Shown: positions 26,171 through 39,590 of the stretch, in pieces
How the letters are laid out: every line of letters starts with the position of its first letter
Position numbering within the stretch: the first letter of the stretch is position 1
Assembly: GCF_036321535.1 (NCBI RefSeq)
Contig: NC_087437.1
Location: forward strand, 35,714,001 to 35,778,000
Source of the DNA: Camelus dromedarius
Lineage: Eukaryota
Direction of reading: 5' to 3'
DNA: 64,000 bases
The notes under the pieces: generated by a model
What the model was told of the DNA's origin: nothing
The model's database searches: none
Seen by the model: the letters and a program-made list of their open reading frames with translations, nothing else
Program-made: the position numbers and the translations under genes

Positions 26171-28259
26171 CTCCATCAAAGAAAGCTTGGAGTTAGAAAT
26201 GGTGCTCTTTGCTCAGCAGCTCCCCCTACAGGAAGACCTACCTTTGCCTTTGTGAATCGTGCTTATGGGCAAATCTGTGACTGCCCACGTTCCCTTGGCC
26301 TGTGCCTTCTAGTCTTTGCGATGAGTTGTTCAGTAACTTGTTTTTAGTTGTGTTGTATACTTGAAATTCCACTGAATTTAGTCCATTACATATTAGGAGC
26401 CACACTAGATACCAAGTGTAGAATAATATGAATATTCATAAACAATTATTTGAATATTAAATATTAATTTTTGGAGGAGTTGCATTGAACTGGACAGAAT
26501 TTAATAAATTTTTTTTCTCTCACATTTCCATTTAAAGTCTTCACATCAATTATCCCCCAAATGAATTTTCAAAATTTTATAGGTGGTGGTAAATGTATTT
26601 AGGAATGTCTCCCAACATTTTACTATATTGGTATGTTTGCTCACACTCCAGTGATAGCTTTTTAAGATAAGATAAAGCTATCTGAGAAAGTTTAATTAAA
26701 AAAATGAAGTCCTAATACTTAATGATAAACAATTGTGTGTTTACAATTTGTTTTCATGATCCACACAGGAATTTAAACATGTATGGGAGGAGATGAACTA
26801 GGAAAAATAAAACTCTATAATGACTTACTTACTATAATGCATGCAGTTGCCTTGTAGTATATGTTAACAGTTTATTTTAAAGTTCAATTACTTTTATATA
26901 AACTTGTAGAGAAGAATATTAAACATCCTAAGACTAATCCAAAATTAGCATTTTCCCATGTTCCATGGATGGATCATGGTATTCTTAGAAAACAAAATAA
27001 GTGAAAAGAGGAATTTTGTAGATGAGTCGACTTTTGGCATTTGACCAGAGTAGGGGCACTGGTGACCAAAATCCTGTTTTAAGTTATTTTGAGGAATTTT
27101 AAAAGAAGATTTAAAATGCTGTTTCTGTCAATGGCTTATCAAAATGGAAAAAATATGTATAGTTATGTAGTCTTCTAACTAGAATTACCGTGTCTTCACA
27201 GAGGCAATGATTTTTCAAGCATGATTAGCAATACTTTTATTCAACACAAGAACAGGAAATGAATTTTACTGCTCTGTGCTTTATGGATCATGAATTTAAC
27301 TGAACTAAGTCGTCAAAGAATGTGTGAAAAACTCTGCGGTAGTGGGCGGTTGACCACATTTGCTTCTGTATTTTACTAATGCTGTGTTTCATTTTGGCCA
27401 AGTCAGCTTTTCCTAGAATTAACATCTCTCCCTAAACACCTATGTCTCACCACAAAATGGTGGAACAATCGACTGCTCTGTTTACCTTGGCTCACTGAAT
27501 AACACTTTCCTTGCCATTATTTTTTTAATGTGTCTGTGTGGATGAGATAAGGCTAATTCAGCAAAAACTGAGAAAGAGACTACTGCTTTATTTTTAAAAC
27601 ATAAACTATCCATCCTAAAATGTTGAGAACCATGAAAAGACAGTATTGCAGGTAATAGTAGCTTGAGGGACAGACACATTATTTTCTATTTTCAATTACA
27701 CTTCCTGTCTACTTTCCAGTGTGTGCTTCTTAATGAGATGAATTGGGTGGTCTGGCTAGTTCAACCACAGTCCATTACTTTCACAGTATAAACATCTTTG
27801 TATTTCACAAAAAGGCCAAGTGTTGACTGCTTATAACCTCATTAATTCTAATACCCTTAAATTCAGTAGCTGTTTCAAAATGTGGAGTTACAAATCGAAG
27901 GTGAAAAAAGCTAAAGGAAATTCTTTTTTAGGTGTGGGTTGAGACATACTAACACATCAAGAAGACATCATTTATGGGTCACCCATCTTCCCATCTGTGA
28001 CTTATGCTTGAGCCCTGTCCATACTGTATACATATTTTAATCCTAGCAACATGTCCTTTTTTGCATATATGTGAGGTGGAAGATTTCATACTCAGAGCAT
28101 CTGGTGATAAATGCTCACTTCAAGTGTCTCACTGGGTCAAGGGCCGTAGTCCAATCATTGAGTTTGTAGAAGTTCATAGTAGAAAGTAGTCTGGCACTCA
28201 GTGAGTTCTTGCTTCCTTTGTCTCTCACATTTCTCATCTCACTTCTGTGGACTAAAATA

Positions 28260-29025
28260 TTTATTTTTTCTTATTGAAGTATAGTCAATTTACAGTGTGG
28301 GTTAATTTCTGGTGTACAGCATAATGATTCAGTTGTACATATGTATGTATTCTTTTTTGTATTCTTTTTCATTATAGGTTATTACAAGGTACTAAATATA
28401 GTTCTGTGTGCTATCCAGTAGGACCTTGTTTTTATCTATTTTATATACAGTAGTTAGTATCTGTAAATCCTGAACTCCCAATTTATCCCTATACTCTACC
28501 CCTTTTTCCCCTGGTAACCATACATTTATTTTCTTTGTCTGTGCATCTGTTCTTTTTGTAAATACCTTCATTTCTGTCATTTATTTTTAGGTTCCACATA
28601 TAAATGATATCATGTGGTATTTTTCTTTTCTTTCTGGCTTACTTCACTTAGTATGACAATCTCATAGTCCATCCATGTTGCTGCAAATGACATTATTTTA
28701 TTCTTTTTTATATCTGAGTAGTAGCCTATTTTATATATATATATATTCCATTATATATATATGTGTGTGTGTATGCACACACACACATACACACATACAC
28801 ACACCCTGCATCTTCTTTATCCAGTCATCTGTCGAAGGACATTTAGGTTGTTTCCATGTCTTGGCTATTGTAAATAGTGCTGCTATGAACATTGGGGTCC
28901 ATGTATCTTTTCAAATTAGAGTTCCCTCTGGATACATGCCCAGGAGTGGGATTGCTGGATCATAAGATAACTCAATTTTTAGTGTTTTGAGGAATCTCCA
29001 TACTGCTTTCCATATTAACTGCACA
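28260..29025 (-). mobile_element. Artiodactyl/camelid-type L1 3' end with internal TA/TG/CA microsatellite
   Basis: 'ttattgaagtatagtcaatttaca...tttctggtgtacagcata'; 28820-28965 is close to the reverse complement of the L1 at about 59310-59455. Confidence 0.92.
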
Positions 29026-30859
29026 AAATGTTGATTCTTAATGCTAATTTGCTAACCGAAAATGCATTAAGACATGAATCACAAATAGGTCAACAGTGAT
29101 CATTTAGCTGTGGTTCCTCCAGGAGGGAGCTGAGTTTACAAAGCTATGGCAGGCATGATTGGCTATGAGGGGTAGAATATTGGGATAATGGTCATTCCAG
29201 AGAGAGTTGACGTTGTGACAGGGAACTTTTGGAAAGGAAAAAAAAAAAATTTAGAACTCACAGACATGTAATTACAAAGTAGACAAATTTCATTTTTTGC
29301 TTGTTTGTTTTGAATAGAGTGGTGATATGAGGCTTGCATGGATGTATGAAGCCAGTGCAGAAGGAAATCCTACCTTTCCTCTCAAAATAGCTCACGGATA
29401 AAGTCTCCCTTGCCTCATTTTTATTACAGTTATATGTATTTCTAGAAGGTTTTTCACTGTTAAGGAATCTTCCCCTCTGTTGGCTCTCATACAGGAGGTT
29501 GTGAATTCACTATTTTCATTTTTATCAATTCAGTAATTAGAATGCTGTGGTCCTACAGAATGGGGTCTGGGAAAGAACAACCTTAAGGTCCAATAAGTAG
29601 TTACAAATTTGGTAAATTAAGTGACTTCCACTTTACACTTGTTTAAGGACTTTGTCATCTTAATGCTTACATTCTGATTTATGGAAGAATGCTTTAAGAT
29701 ATAATGATATTCCCTTGGTGACATCTCTGATTGTGGTTGGCAATTTTTATTAAAAACATTACTTTAAAGAAACTATGTGCATCTCTTTTGTTTTTCAAAT
29801 AATGAACAGTTTACACAGAATAAAACATGTCTCTTGATAAAATAACCAGGGGTCCCTTTGAAAATCTGATGTAAAAATCATATTACTTTAATTTGACATA
29901 ATGGTTTTTATTCATCTATTTAAAGATCTCTTCCTTTTACTGTTGTTAGTATTTTTAAATCAAAGGCAATTCAAATTCAAGTATAAAGTTAATGCATTGA
30001 GGATTTAATTGGTATATATTTGAGGGTTTTTAAAAAATGAAGAAATCAAATTATATCTGCTTGTTACATTTATCTATAAACATGATCATTTCAGTATTTC
30101 ACTACCTACTCATATTTTTATTAGATATTTTTCTTTTTTCTTTTGCTGCTAGTTTAAATGCATTTGTTACAATGTTTAAAACATTTTTTAAAAGCCTGTC
30201 AATTTGTAAGAACACAAGTGATTTAGAATTTTTATCCTCACTTGAAAAGGGAATTATTAAGTTCAGTACTGCCCAGCATTGATTGATTGAATGCTTTGAG
30301 AAAGAAACAAAAATCTCATTGGTTTTTGAGCTTTTGTCTAAGCCAGAACTTCCTCAGACCCATGACATAAAATCATCAGGGAGATAGCTCTAAGCAACAA
30401 TTTAATTGTTCTATAACTGAAAGAAACATAAAAATCCCCCCTTCCTTTTTTCCCTCATAACAAAGCTGTTGATTTATATATGCAGAGGGGAAAATTTAGA
30501 TAGAAGAGAATGGAGAGAAGCACTCATTTTTTGTTTTTTTTTCCAGCATTGGTGACTTACAAATTAAATTGCATAGCATTTTTAATTTTCTGCATTCCAA
30601 ATGCCTCTCTCTCTCTCTTTCTCTCTCTCTCACTCTCACTCTCAGTTTCTCCTTAGCATTTATCCAGTTCAGGTAAAGCTTTATGAAGGGGTGAAGAGAA
30701 AAAGAGGGAACAAAATTTCCCTTGAAGTTTTATATGTTTAAATGTTATGAAGGAGTTATCAGCTAAAAAAGTGATTTCTTTGTTCTTCTGTAGAATAATA
30801 TTGACAAATTTAAACTTTTTCTGAATGCTTCTGTCAGTATCCATGGCTCAATTTCTGGT

Positions 30860-31130
30860 CATTCACTTATTTGTTTATAAGGCAAATACCTAATGGGAAT
30901 TTTCAATGAATCATGGTGTAAATACTCCCACCATAGCCAATTACGAGGACTGTGCTGGACAGCCCCTGTGTATTTGGCAGGGAACAAGATGGACACGGAC
31001 CTATTCCAGATGGTTTATGTTTGTGAATATAGGAAGACATAAATTAAACTAAAAATTATACAAAGCAATAGCAATTGTCATAAGCACGACAGAAAAAAGA
31101 AGTACAAATTGAACACATAAAAGAAGGACA
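30860..31130 (-). mobile_element. L2 3' fragment
   Basis: 'cattcacttattt...actgtgctggac...gcagggaacaagatggacac' follows the L2 3' end. Confidence 0.55.
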
Positions 31131-31149
31131 GGATAAAGATTGGAACTGG

Positions 31150-32070
31150 GTAAGGTTTTATAAACCTTATAGAACTAACTTAATTATGAAGAATTCCACC
31201 CACTTCAGCTAACTCTGTACAATAACTATGTACATGCATTTTTAGGCTTAAGTTAATTCTCTCATGAATTTCGATAACTTAAGAAAATAGACAGAATGTA
31301 CATATGCAAGTTTAAATAAATATACATAGATTTCCGAGGTATAAGGGTATGTAGCTCACAATTTACAAATATAAACTCACCATATTCTTTGTTGTAAATT
31401 CTAATATGCAATTGATTCTTTGAGAATGCTTTCATTGCTTTTTGCTGGACTCTATGTCGCTAAACTTTGGTTGTAAATGCCAAATGAGTATAATCTTAAC
31501 ATGAATATCGGTTGATATTTTTACTTACATTGACAATTAAGACTAAAGTGAAATAATGAAAATATATGCTGGAACTTCATAGTTCTTCAGTGACTTGAGC
31601 AACTTCTTTGCTGAAATAGTTAGTTTTAGAATATTGCAAAGATAATTCCTTGAATGTTTGTGCTGTTCACAATGTGAATGTAAGCTTGCAGACTTTTAAG
31701 TTTAATCTATATTGTTAATGTTTCTCCATTACTTTCTTAAGTCTAGACCATAAGCAAAACAGTAAATTGAGCCCTGACTTGTAGCATTTGGCAGTTTTCA
31801 TGGTGTTATGACTTCCATGGTGACCAATTTCATAGCAACGTGGTTACTGAACATGGAGTTGGAAAAAGATGTGAAGTAGCACAATGTTACGTAGTATTGC
31901 CACCCTACACATACAATAGTAGAAATAAGCTCAAGAGCATAGATGGATAACAAAATACGGGGCAATTATCAGGAAGTGATGAGTTTTGTGTATTTATACT
32001 TTATTTAATTTAGCAAAAGTGCATGAAATTCCTGAAATATTAACAATCAAGTGACTCTAACACACCACTG
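31150..32070 (-). mobile_element. hAT-Blackjack MER63 element (left boundary uncertain; 31770-32070 is the clear part)
   Basis: Terminal ...cacaccactg; 'actgaacatggagttggaaaaagatgtgaagtagcac', 'ctcaagagcatagat', 'aggaagtgatgagtttt' match recalled MER63. Confidence 0.75.
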
Positions 32071-32959
32071 ATGGGTATTTAGTAAATAAACTATTCTGGA
32101 AAATTGATCACTACAAACCTCAGTTCTGACTCAAAGATTTTGTAACTCATGGTGTTCTTAGAGTTGTTTGGGAAGTATTAAGTGTGTTCATAGGCCCGTG
32201 GAGAACAACATGAAGCTCAGAGTTTGGTGTACAGGTGCAAGATTTTGGTAGTAGGTTTCTTATTTTGCCTTCAGATTCTAGCGATACTTTGTCATCTTGG
32301 TAGGCAGAACTCACTTTCACTTTGGTCACTTATATTTGAAGCTTAGTCACTCTGATGGAACAGATACTTTGTACATTCAAAATGTCCTGGAGTTTATGTT
32401 CCAAACATTGCCACAATTATTTTAATGCTACAGTTTCTAACCCCTTTGGTCACAGGTGAAACTGATAATTCTCTCCATTGTGACCTCATTGCATCTTACG
32501 TACATATGTAACCTCTTTAACTGTATTTTTTGAAGATGTTCATGTTGTTGACTATAAAATACATTTTGGGAGATTTTGGACACTATATGTATTTGACACA
32601 CTAGTTATCACTCATGAAGAAAGTTATAAACAAATATGTGAATGAATGGCCAAAGAGTTGTTTTTCCTGATTTGGTAGATGTTCTAGCAATGAGCATGTT
32701 CTGTGGGGCTGATGTTTTCATATGCATTGGAACTGTAGGCCAAAGTTGCAGGTTTGTGTCTTATCTTCATTACTTGAAAGTAAGCTGATTATTTTGCATA
32801 ATCCTTTTGTATAAACTAGTTCCAATATTAAATATTTTGTCTTGTCAGTCAAAACATCTTGTCTTCTGGATATTTTTCAAGAAAATTCTATAATTGTAAT
32901 TAATATCTTTATGATTGAAGACTGGTGATATCTACCCATATGCCGTACTAATCATCCTC

Positions 32960-33160
32960 TTCATTCATTTATTGAGCACATATTATGTGGGAAATGGAAG
33001 ACTGAGCCTGGGAGTCATAGACATGAATAAGACACAGTCTGTGTCTTTTAAGCACTGGATGACCTGATGATGAGGGAGATGAAAAGGCACATTGGCAATT
33101 ATAAAATGTAGTAAGTGCTGTTATAGAACTGCAAACAGACTGTCCTGGGAACAAACTTGA
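32960..33160 (-). mobile_element. L2 3' fragment
   Basis: 'tcattcatttattgagcacatattatgtg...atgaataagacacagtc'. Confidence 0.7.
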
Positions 33161-33939
33161 AGCAACTGATTTTATCTTACTATTCAGACTACCCGCAATT
33201 TACAAAGAAATTATAAAGGGAGAAAATGGAGCTTTTAGGGTTAAGAAAGTAAATACTTTCTGAAATATTTTATAACACTTACCATCTTTCAGATTCTGAA
33301 GGAGTTAGTATTTTGTTTTTTGTTTTTATCTTTTACACAAAGTTACAAGTCATTCAAGACTACACTTTATATTTTTAGTATTTTGATTCCTATGGAATGT
33401 TTTAAAGTTAGAAATAACACTATTTATAATCTTTTCAAAAAGTACAGAGTCCTAGGAATAGCTGAAACAGTGTCACATTCTGAGTGACTATGAGTTTAAA
33501 CTATTTTTCAGATGCCGGTGGGCTCCTACTCAGTGGAAGTTGTACAGAGAAGTAATAAATGAATAAAGGAAGGAAGAGAGAGGAAGGGAGGGAGGGATGA
33601 GGAGAGAGATCCCCCCACACTGAATTTCACTTTCTGTAGTTGAGGGAATAGTGTAGTGAATCGTAGCTATTTACATTTCTAAGTGCACAGCCAATATAAT
33701 TATGTAACTAATATCATAGTGTAATGTATAAATTAGAAACTGAAATAGGCTGTAAACTGTATATTCTTTTCTCCTGGTTATACAGGACAAGTTTCCACAT
33801 TAAGCATTTAACTTTGGGGGCAAAATTTAAATATATCAATATTATTTTTATTAAAATAGCCTATTCTTTATTCTCAGAGCCCTTTCTCTACAAAATTGGC
33901 AGCCACCTCTTAACTGCAATGTTAACACAAACTATATAA

Positions 33940-34110
33940 TTTATGTATCATCTCTCGTTCTCCTTCTTTCCATCTGTCTGTTGGTCCATCCGTCCGTCCA
34001 TCCATCCATTTTATCTACCTATCTACTTACCTACTAATAGACCTACCTATCTTATGTTCTATCATCTATCACTGTCTATTTCAGCCTCTCTCTCTCTCCT
34101 ATCTGTCTAT
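33940..34110. repeat. Degenerate (CCAT)/(CTAT)/(CT) simple repeats
   Basis: Read directly: 'tccatccgtccgtccatccatcc...atctacctatctac...ctctctctctcc'. Confidence 0.8.
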
Positions 34111-34349
34111 GTTTCTTTCCCCTGTTTCTAGCGAAAACTGTCTCTAAAACAATTTTCTTATTTGCCTCATCTATAGGAAAGGGAAAATAAATGCCTGTCA
34201 GTTGGTTGAATGAGATTATAAAGTAACTGAGAAAAAAAAAGCTAACACTATGCTGAGATATAGTCTATAAATTAAGTCCACTAAGAACCTAATTAACCCC
34301 CTCTAACAAATTAGAGCCCTCTAAACAGAGTCAGCATCAGCAAAGCTAA

Positions 34350-34530
34350 AATTTACTGAGCCCTTAGTACACACCAAGTACTTCTGCTAACATTACCTGA
34401 TTAAATTCTCACAACAGAAACATATGAGGTCATTACTGTTTATAAGGAATAGGCACAGAGAGGTTAAGTGACTTACCTAAAGCCACAAGGGTAAGTGGAG
34501 GAGCCAGAATTCAAACCCAGGCAGTCTGCT
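34350..34530 (-). mobile_element. MIR SINE
   Basis: 'aggcacagagaggttaagtgacttacctaaagccaca...gagccagaattcaaacccaggcagtctg'. Confidence 0.9.
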
Positions 34531-36086
34531 ACAGGCATTGCATTTTATTGAATTTGGAGACTGCTAAGTCTCCTGGGTATGTGAAATCCATAAATGGCCT
34601 CAATAATTGTTTTTCTAGTGTAATGGAGCATTTTATTTAATTACAAAACAGATAAATGTTCTACTGCTTAATTTATATGTGTAGTTTATATAAAATATGC
34701 AAGCAAATGTGAATTTATTTTTTAGCCCTAACTTTTAAGGGAAACACTATTTGGAATATCCCATGTTAAGGAATTTCCTGAATTAGGCATGACTTGATAT
34801 TGAAATGTTAATAATGTAAAATACACAGTTTGCTGGCCATATGCATGGAACTGTTTACTTAAGTCATGAATCAAAGAAGGATAAACATTAGTGTAGATGA
34901 TATAGCTGCATAGATAATTGGTAAAGTAAAGTAATACGACAAAAATCATTGCCGAACTGTTCCCTTAAGGTGAAACAAAAAGATAAAATTAAGTGATTCT
35001 GGAAAGATTTTGTTGTTCCTCATTTATAACTTTGACCTGGAACTCTTCTAGTTCTAGTGCCATTTCTGCTCACAATTAACACATATAAATTGGCACTTCA
35101 GCAAAATTTAAAATTACTATAGGTCACGGATCACTGTATCCCTTGGGAATTGCTGAAATTACAAATGTCAAATCCATGAATGTAAAGATTCTTGGGTAAT
35201 CTGCATTATAGCATAAACATCTTCAAAATCAGGGAGTAATTTTGTGCCAAGAGAAATGTTAGTAAATTATCTTTTCCAATAATTAATCAAAATGTGAATG
35301 TGAGCCTTTTATGGCTTATTTAAACTATTGAGCTGTGATTCTTCATTACCTCCCAATATGTAAGTTTTTATTATACATCACTTACAAACATGGTTTGTTG
35401 AGAATAATTTATTTTTATTACTATTAATCAACCCTTAGGACTTACTTCAGAACAAAATAAAGAGGATATTTTTAAAGACCCAGAAAACAAAGACACCTAG
35501 GGCCTGAGGCCATCCAAAGTAAATACTTACATATGTCTAGTGAAAAATAGATCATCTTTTTTTTTTTTCAACTGACACTTAAATTAAGATTACAGGTATT
35601 AAAAGGTTTTATTTCTTATGGGCTATTTCAACATAATATAAACTTTCTATCCTCACCTTAATCTCAGCTTTTAAAATGAATACCTTACATTTTATTATGT
35701 CTACTTCTCTAGCATGAAAATGTACTCTGTTTCTCTGCCCTGTATCATCTTTTTGGATGTACATGTTGTTCTGACTTTCTTTTTTTTTTTTTTTTTTTGT
35801 AGCTATGAAATGCCAAAGTATTTCTAAAATACAACTTTAGGAGTTGCTTAGCTCTTAGTGTTGGAATCGTTGGCATCTGCAGTTCTATAAACATTTCTCA
35901 CAGTATCAGTGTAGAAAATGCAAGATTTCTCAAAGGTCAAAGAGATTCTCATCAGTATCAAAAAGTGATAAAGTTACATGAGGGAAGTGTGGAGATCCTG
36001 AATTTAGGAACTGTATACTATATACAAAATAGGAGGTAGGGTCTATTGACCTCAACTCTTTTATTGTTCTTACCCTGGTCCTGTCT

Positions 36087-36166
36087 TATTTCATCTTGGG
36101 AGATATATATAAATATATAAATATATATATAAATATATATAAATATATATCTCCCAAGATGAAATA
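36087..36166. repeat. Perfect 24-bp inverted repeat with 32-nt AT spacer, followed by (TA)n
   Basis: tatttcatcttgggagatatatat (36087-36110) and atatatatctcccaagatgaaata (36143-36166) are exact reverse complements. Confidence 0.97.
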
Positions 36167-37094
36167 TATATATATATATATGTATATTTTCCAGTCAAGT
36201 AACTTCCTTGTTGAAGCCATTTCTGCAGCTGTTTTTAACAATGTGTGTCCAGATGACGTTTTCTTCTTCTTAGAAATTTTATTGCAGAAAATCTCTGAGT
36301 TTAATTAAATGTTATTTCTAGTCTTATTTATAATTTTCTTTTCAAAAGAAGGAATTGTAATTAATGTGTCTATGCAAGAGACTTCTTCCTGAATTGCAAC
36401 TTTTAGATGTTGAAAACAATTCAGATGTATTATGTTTCTCTGGAAATAAATACTTCTTGTGTTATATTTCACTCATTCTTACATGAGGAAAATCTAATTA
36501 AACTGATACTAAATATCGCCAAAGTAAATGTAGGTGATAATGCATCATTTCTTTGCTTAGTTCTATAAGAAGCTAGGATACATTAGGCAATGTTCTTTTT
36601 AAATTTCATGCACTTAGAATAAAAATGTATTTACAAACAAGAAAGTTGGAGGAACCAAAAATAAGAGAGCAAATCTTAGTATCTTTCCTCCTTACTTCAC
36701 ACTAGGTGAAGGAAGGTATCAATCGAAGTATTCAGATCTTTGTATGTAATCAATCTGCTTGAACTGTTTTTCTTTTTTTGTTTTTTTTCCCCTGTGTTCA
36801 GAAAGTTTGTAATTCATATGACAGATACAGGGTAATTTTCCTTAATAGACTGAGAACTCTTAAAAACTACTATGGAAATCCTTAATAGAAAACAAAGAAA
36901 CGGGTAACATTTTTTTTTTTGAGATTTCCATTTTTTAAAACTTTTAATTCTCTGATATGAAGGGCTATATCCCAGTCACCCCAGTCTGAACATCTTCCAG
37001 TTCACCACCTACCACTGAACAAAACATTCTAGAAAGTTTCACCAACTCAAAGAAGCCTGGACTTTCTATTTCATCCACAGACAACTCTATGATT

Positions 37095-37213
37095 CAGTGA
37101 AATGAGCCCTAGACTAGGAGTCAGAGAACTACATTCCAAACCCTACTGCCTTACATATTAGCTGTGTAGCCTCGGACCTATTACTAACCTCTCTGATCCT
37201 CCAATTTCCTTTC
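37095..37213 (+). mobile_element. MIR SINE 5' part
   Basis: 'gagccctagactaggagtcagaga...tattagctgtgt...aacctctctga'. Confidence 0.75.
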
Positions 37214-37214
37214 A

Positions 37215-37533
37215 TTTTTTTTTAACACCTTTATTATGGTATGGTTTTCATACAGTAAACTACATATATTTCAGATGTACAACTTGATGAATTTTGATAG
37301 ATGTATATACCCATGAAACCACCACCACAATCAAGATAGCTAACTTTTCCATCACTCCCCAGGAGGTGCAAATTTTGAGTTCCCAATTTATCCCTTCCCA
37401 CCCCGTCTGCCCTCTGGTAATCATGTTTGGTCTCTATGTCTGTGAGTCTGTTTCTGTTTTGCAGATAAGTTCATTTGTGTCCTTTTTTTTAGATTCCACA
37501 TATAAATGATATCATATGACATTTTTCTTTCTG
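37215..37533 (-). mobile_element. Composite L1: old L1MB-like 3' end (37215-37360) joined to a younger L1 3'UTR piece (37367-37533)
   Basis: The first part has 'acccatgaaaccaccaccacaatcaagata'; the second resembles the reverse complement of about 59580-59757. Confidence 0.8.
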
Positions 37534-38322
37534 TGCTTGAGCTGTTTTGACTAAATTGGGTAATAAAGCAAATCAATTGATGTAAGTGATTGACAGAATA
37601 TTTAGCCATGACATTTTTAGATATAGCCTTACTTACTATCTCTAGGGGTATTTCTAGACTTATGCTTGTACAGTACATAATACTACTAATACTGTTGTGA
37701 TTAGAACAGATTTGTGCAATTAAAATGCTACTTTAATGATATCATTTGGGTTTAGGGGCTCATTCTCATGTTTTCTGACTTTTCCAACATGTTATTTCTT
37801 ATGTTTTTCTTCCTCTCAGAGAAAACTCCTTTTTTATTTTTCTTTTCCTCTTCCGCTTGATTTATTTTCTCTTTCTTGCCTTTATGCCCTTGGCCTTCAA
37901 AGTTCTCTTTTATTTCCCTGCCATGTTTTTGGTTACAGATTTTCTGCCTATATTCTTAGAACCTGGATGAGTGTCATTCAATTTCTTTGCTCAGATTTGC
38001 AGTACCACACAACAGGCAATACAAGGCTTTGATACATCTACTTACTATTAATAGATAAAAACTAAAAAGATGCCAAGGAAATCCAAAAGTGTGAGCTTCT
38101 GTAGCAGTGTCTGATTAAATAGGGAGTCATAAAGGTTAAAAACCAATACTAGGCATTACAGGAATAAAGTGAATTGATCAACTCAGGAAATCTAGATCTA
38201 AATGTTTTCATGCAAATGTAACATTACTGAGGAGTTTCTCTCTCACTAACAGAGCATGACATGATATATCCGCATATTAGAATACAAATTTTTTCTTATT
38301 TCAATTAGAAATAGAATTGAAT

Positions 38323-38760
38323 TGTGTGGTTGTCCACCAAAATCCAATCTCCATTTCTTCTACAGTGTTAGGACCTTCCAATTTTAGAGAGGCACATTGG
38401 CTGCCCAAAATAAAAGCTAAGTTACCCTGACTCCTTTTTAGAGAAGCAAGATCAAGTGTCCATGACATATAATGAGATTTAAGGGAAATTGTTTGAGTTA
38501 AATTTTGAAAGGTATACTTAAAGAATAGAGACATGTCTTCCTGTTGCCTGGATATAGAGTAGCTAGTTTGGACCATGAAGTGAAAGCTGTCAAAGTTAAT
38601 GAAACAAGACAGAAGCTGTGTCCTGGATGATTGTGGAATGGCTAAACCAGATTAAGAGTGCTCTGGTTATATAAAAAGTAAATGAATTTCTATATTGCTT
38701 AAGCCATTGCTTATTTTTGGTTTTCTGTAGCTTTTAGGTAAACTTGGTTCTAATAAATAT
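38323..38760 (+). mobile_element. ERVL-MaLR solo LTR (MLT1J-like)
   Basis: 'tgtgtggttgtccacc...accatgaag...ttgcttaagccattgcttatttttggttttctgt'. Confidence 0.65.
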
Positions 38761-38929
38761 AAGCTTCTACTTTTCATAGCAAAAATTAGAAATTTTAAAC
38801 CATTTTGCTTTGAAATATTTTGCATAGATAAATCCCATTTCTTCAGTTTGCGTTTGTGTGTCTGTCCTGGGAGCTACTTCACTGTAGCAAGCACTCACTA
38901 CAAGACCTAATGGCTCAGAAAGGCATCCT

Positions 38930-39590
38930 TTAATTTCCAGCAACAGAACACTAGAGAAATGGGTTTTGTCCCTTTGTTCATTTCTCAGGCTCTTCCCTCG
39001 ACCTGCTGTAACCCTATTCTTTTTTTCTATTCTCCTCATTTTGCATGCCTTCCAGCTGCACATGACCTAAAACTAGAGCCCAATTCTAGAAGCCTTTGTG
39101 TCCCTTAATTACACCTTCCAATCTGTCACCAAGTGCTGTCAATTCTACCTTCAAAACTTTTGTCCTATTTGTCCCTGACTCTCCATCTCTGTCTATTTTC
39201 AGAGTGCCCTGCCTCAAGCTTTATCACGTCTCCCCAGCCACGGTGCCCCTACTTTGTACCCTGTAGCTCTTTTCTCTCCATCCCACATTGTTACTGTCAT
39301 CAACCCAGAGAGATGGAGCATGCACTTTGAATGTGGTGCTTACTACTCAGAAGTCCTCAGTGATTTCTCATCACCCCCAGAGGTGTTTACATTCTGTGTT
39401 CTTATGAGCCATAGGGTCCACAGAGTTGCCTCTCTGGTCCTCAGTGTGGATGTCATGTTAGATGAGGCAGGGCTCGGGCCACCCTGCCCTTCCTCCTCCA
39501 CACACACACTTGCACAAGGTAGCGCCCCTGGAATTTATTCTCCAGTAGCCTGGATGGTCATGTCTTTGTTGAGGATTTTTCTTTCATCTT
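38930..39590 (+). mobile_element. L2 LINE remnant
   Basis: 'ccttccaatctgtcaccaagtgctgtcaattctaccttcaaaa', 'cttgcacaagg...cctggaat'. Confidence 0.7.

Noticed and set aside
28675..28965. ORF nearly identical in part to ORF 59095-59412 ([19 protein letters not shown]), suggesting a duplicated gene
   Set aside because: Both are antisense readings of two copies of the same L1 family.
33275..33315. Minus-strand tactaac...cag|13 nt|gtaagt
   Set aside because: The branch point is too close to the AG and 13 nt breaks the frame; probably chance.
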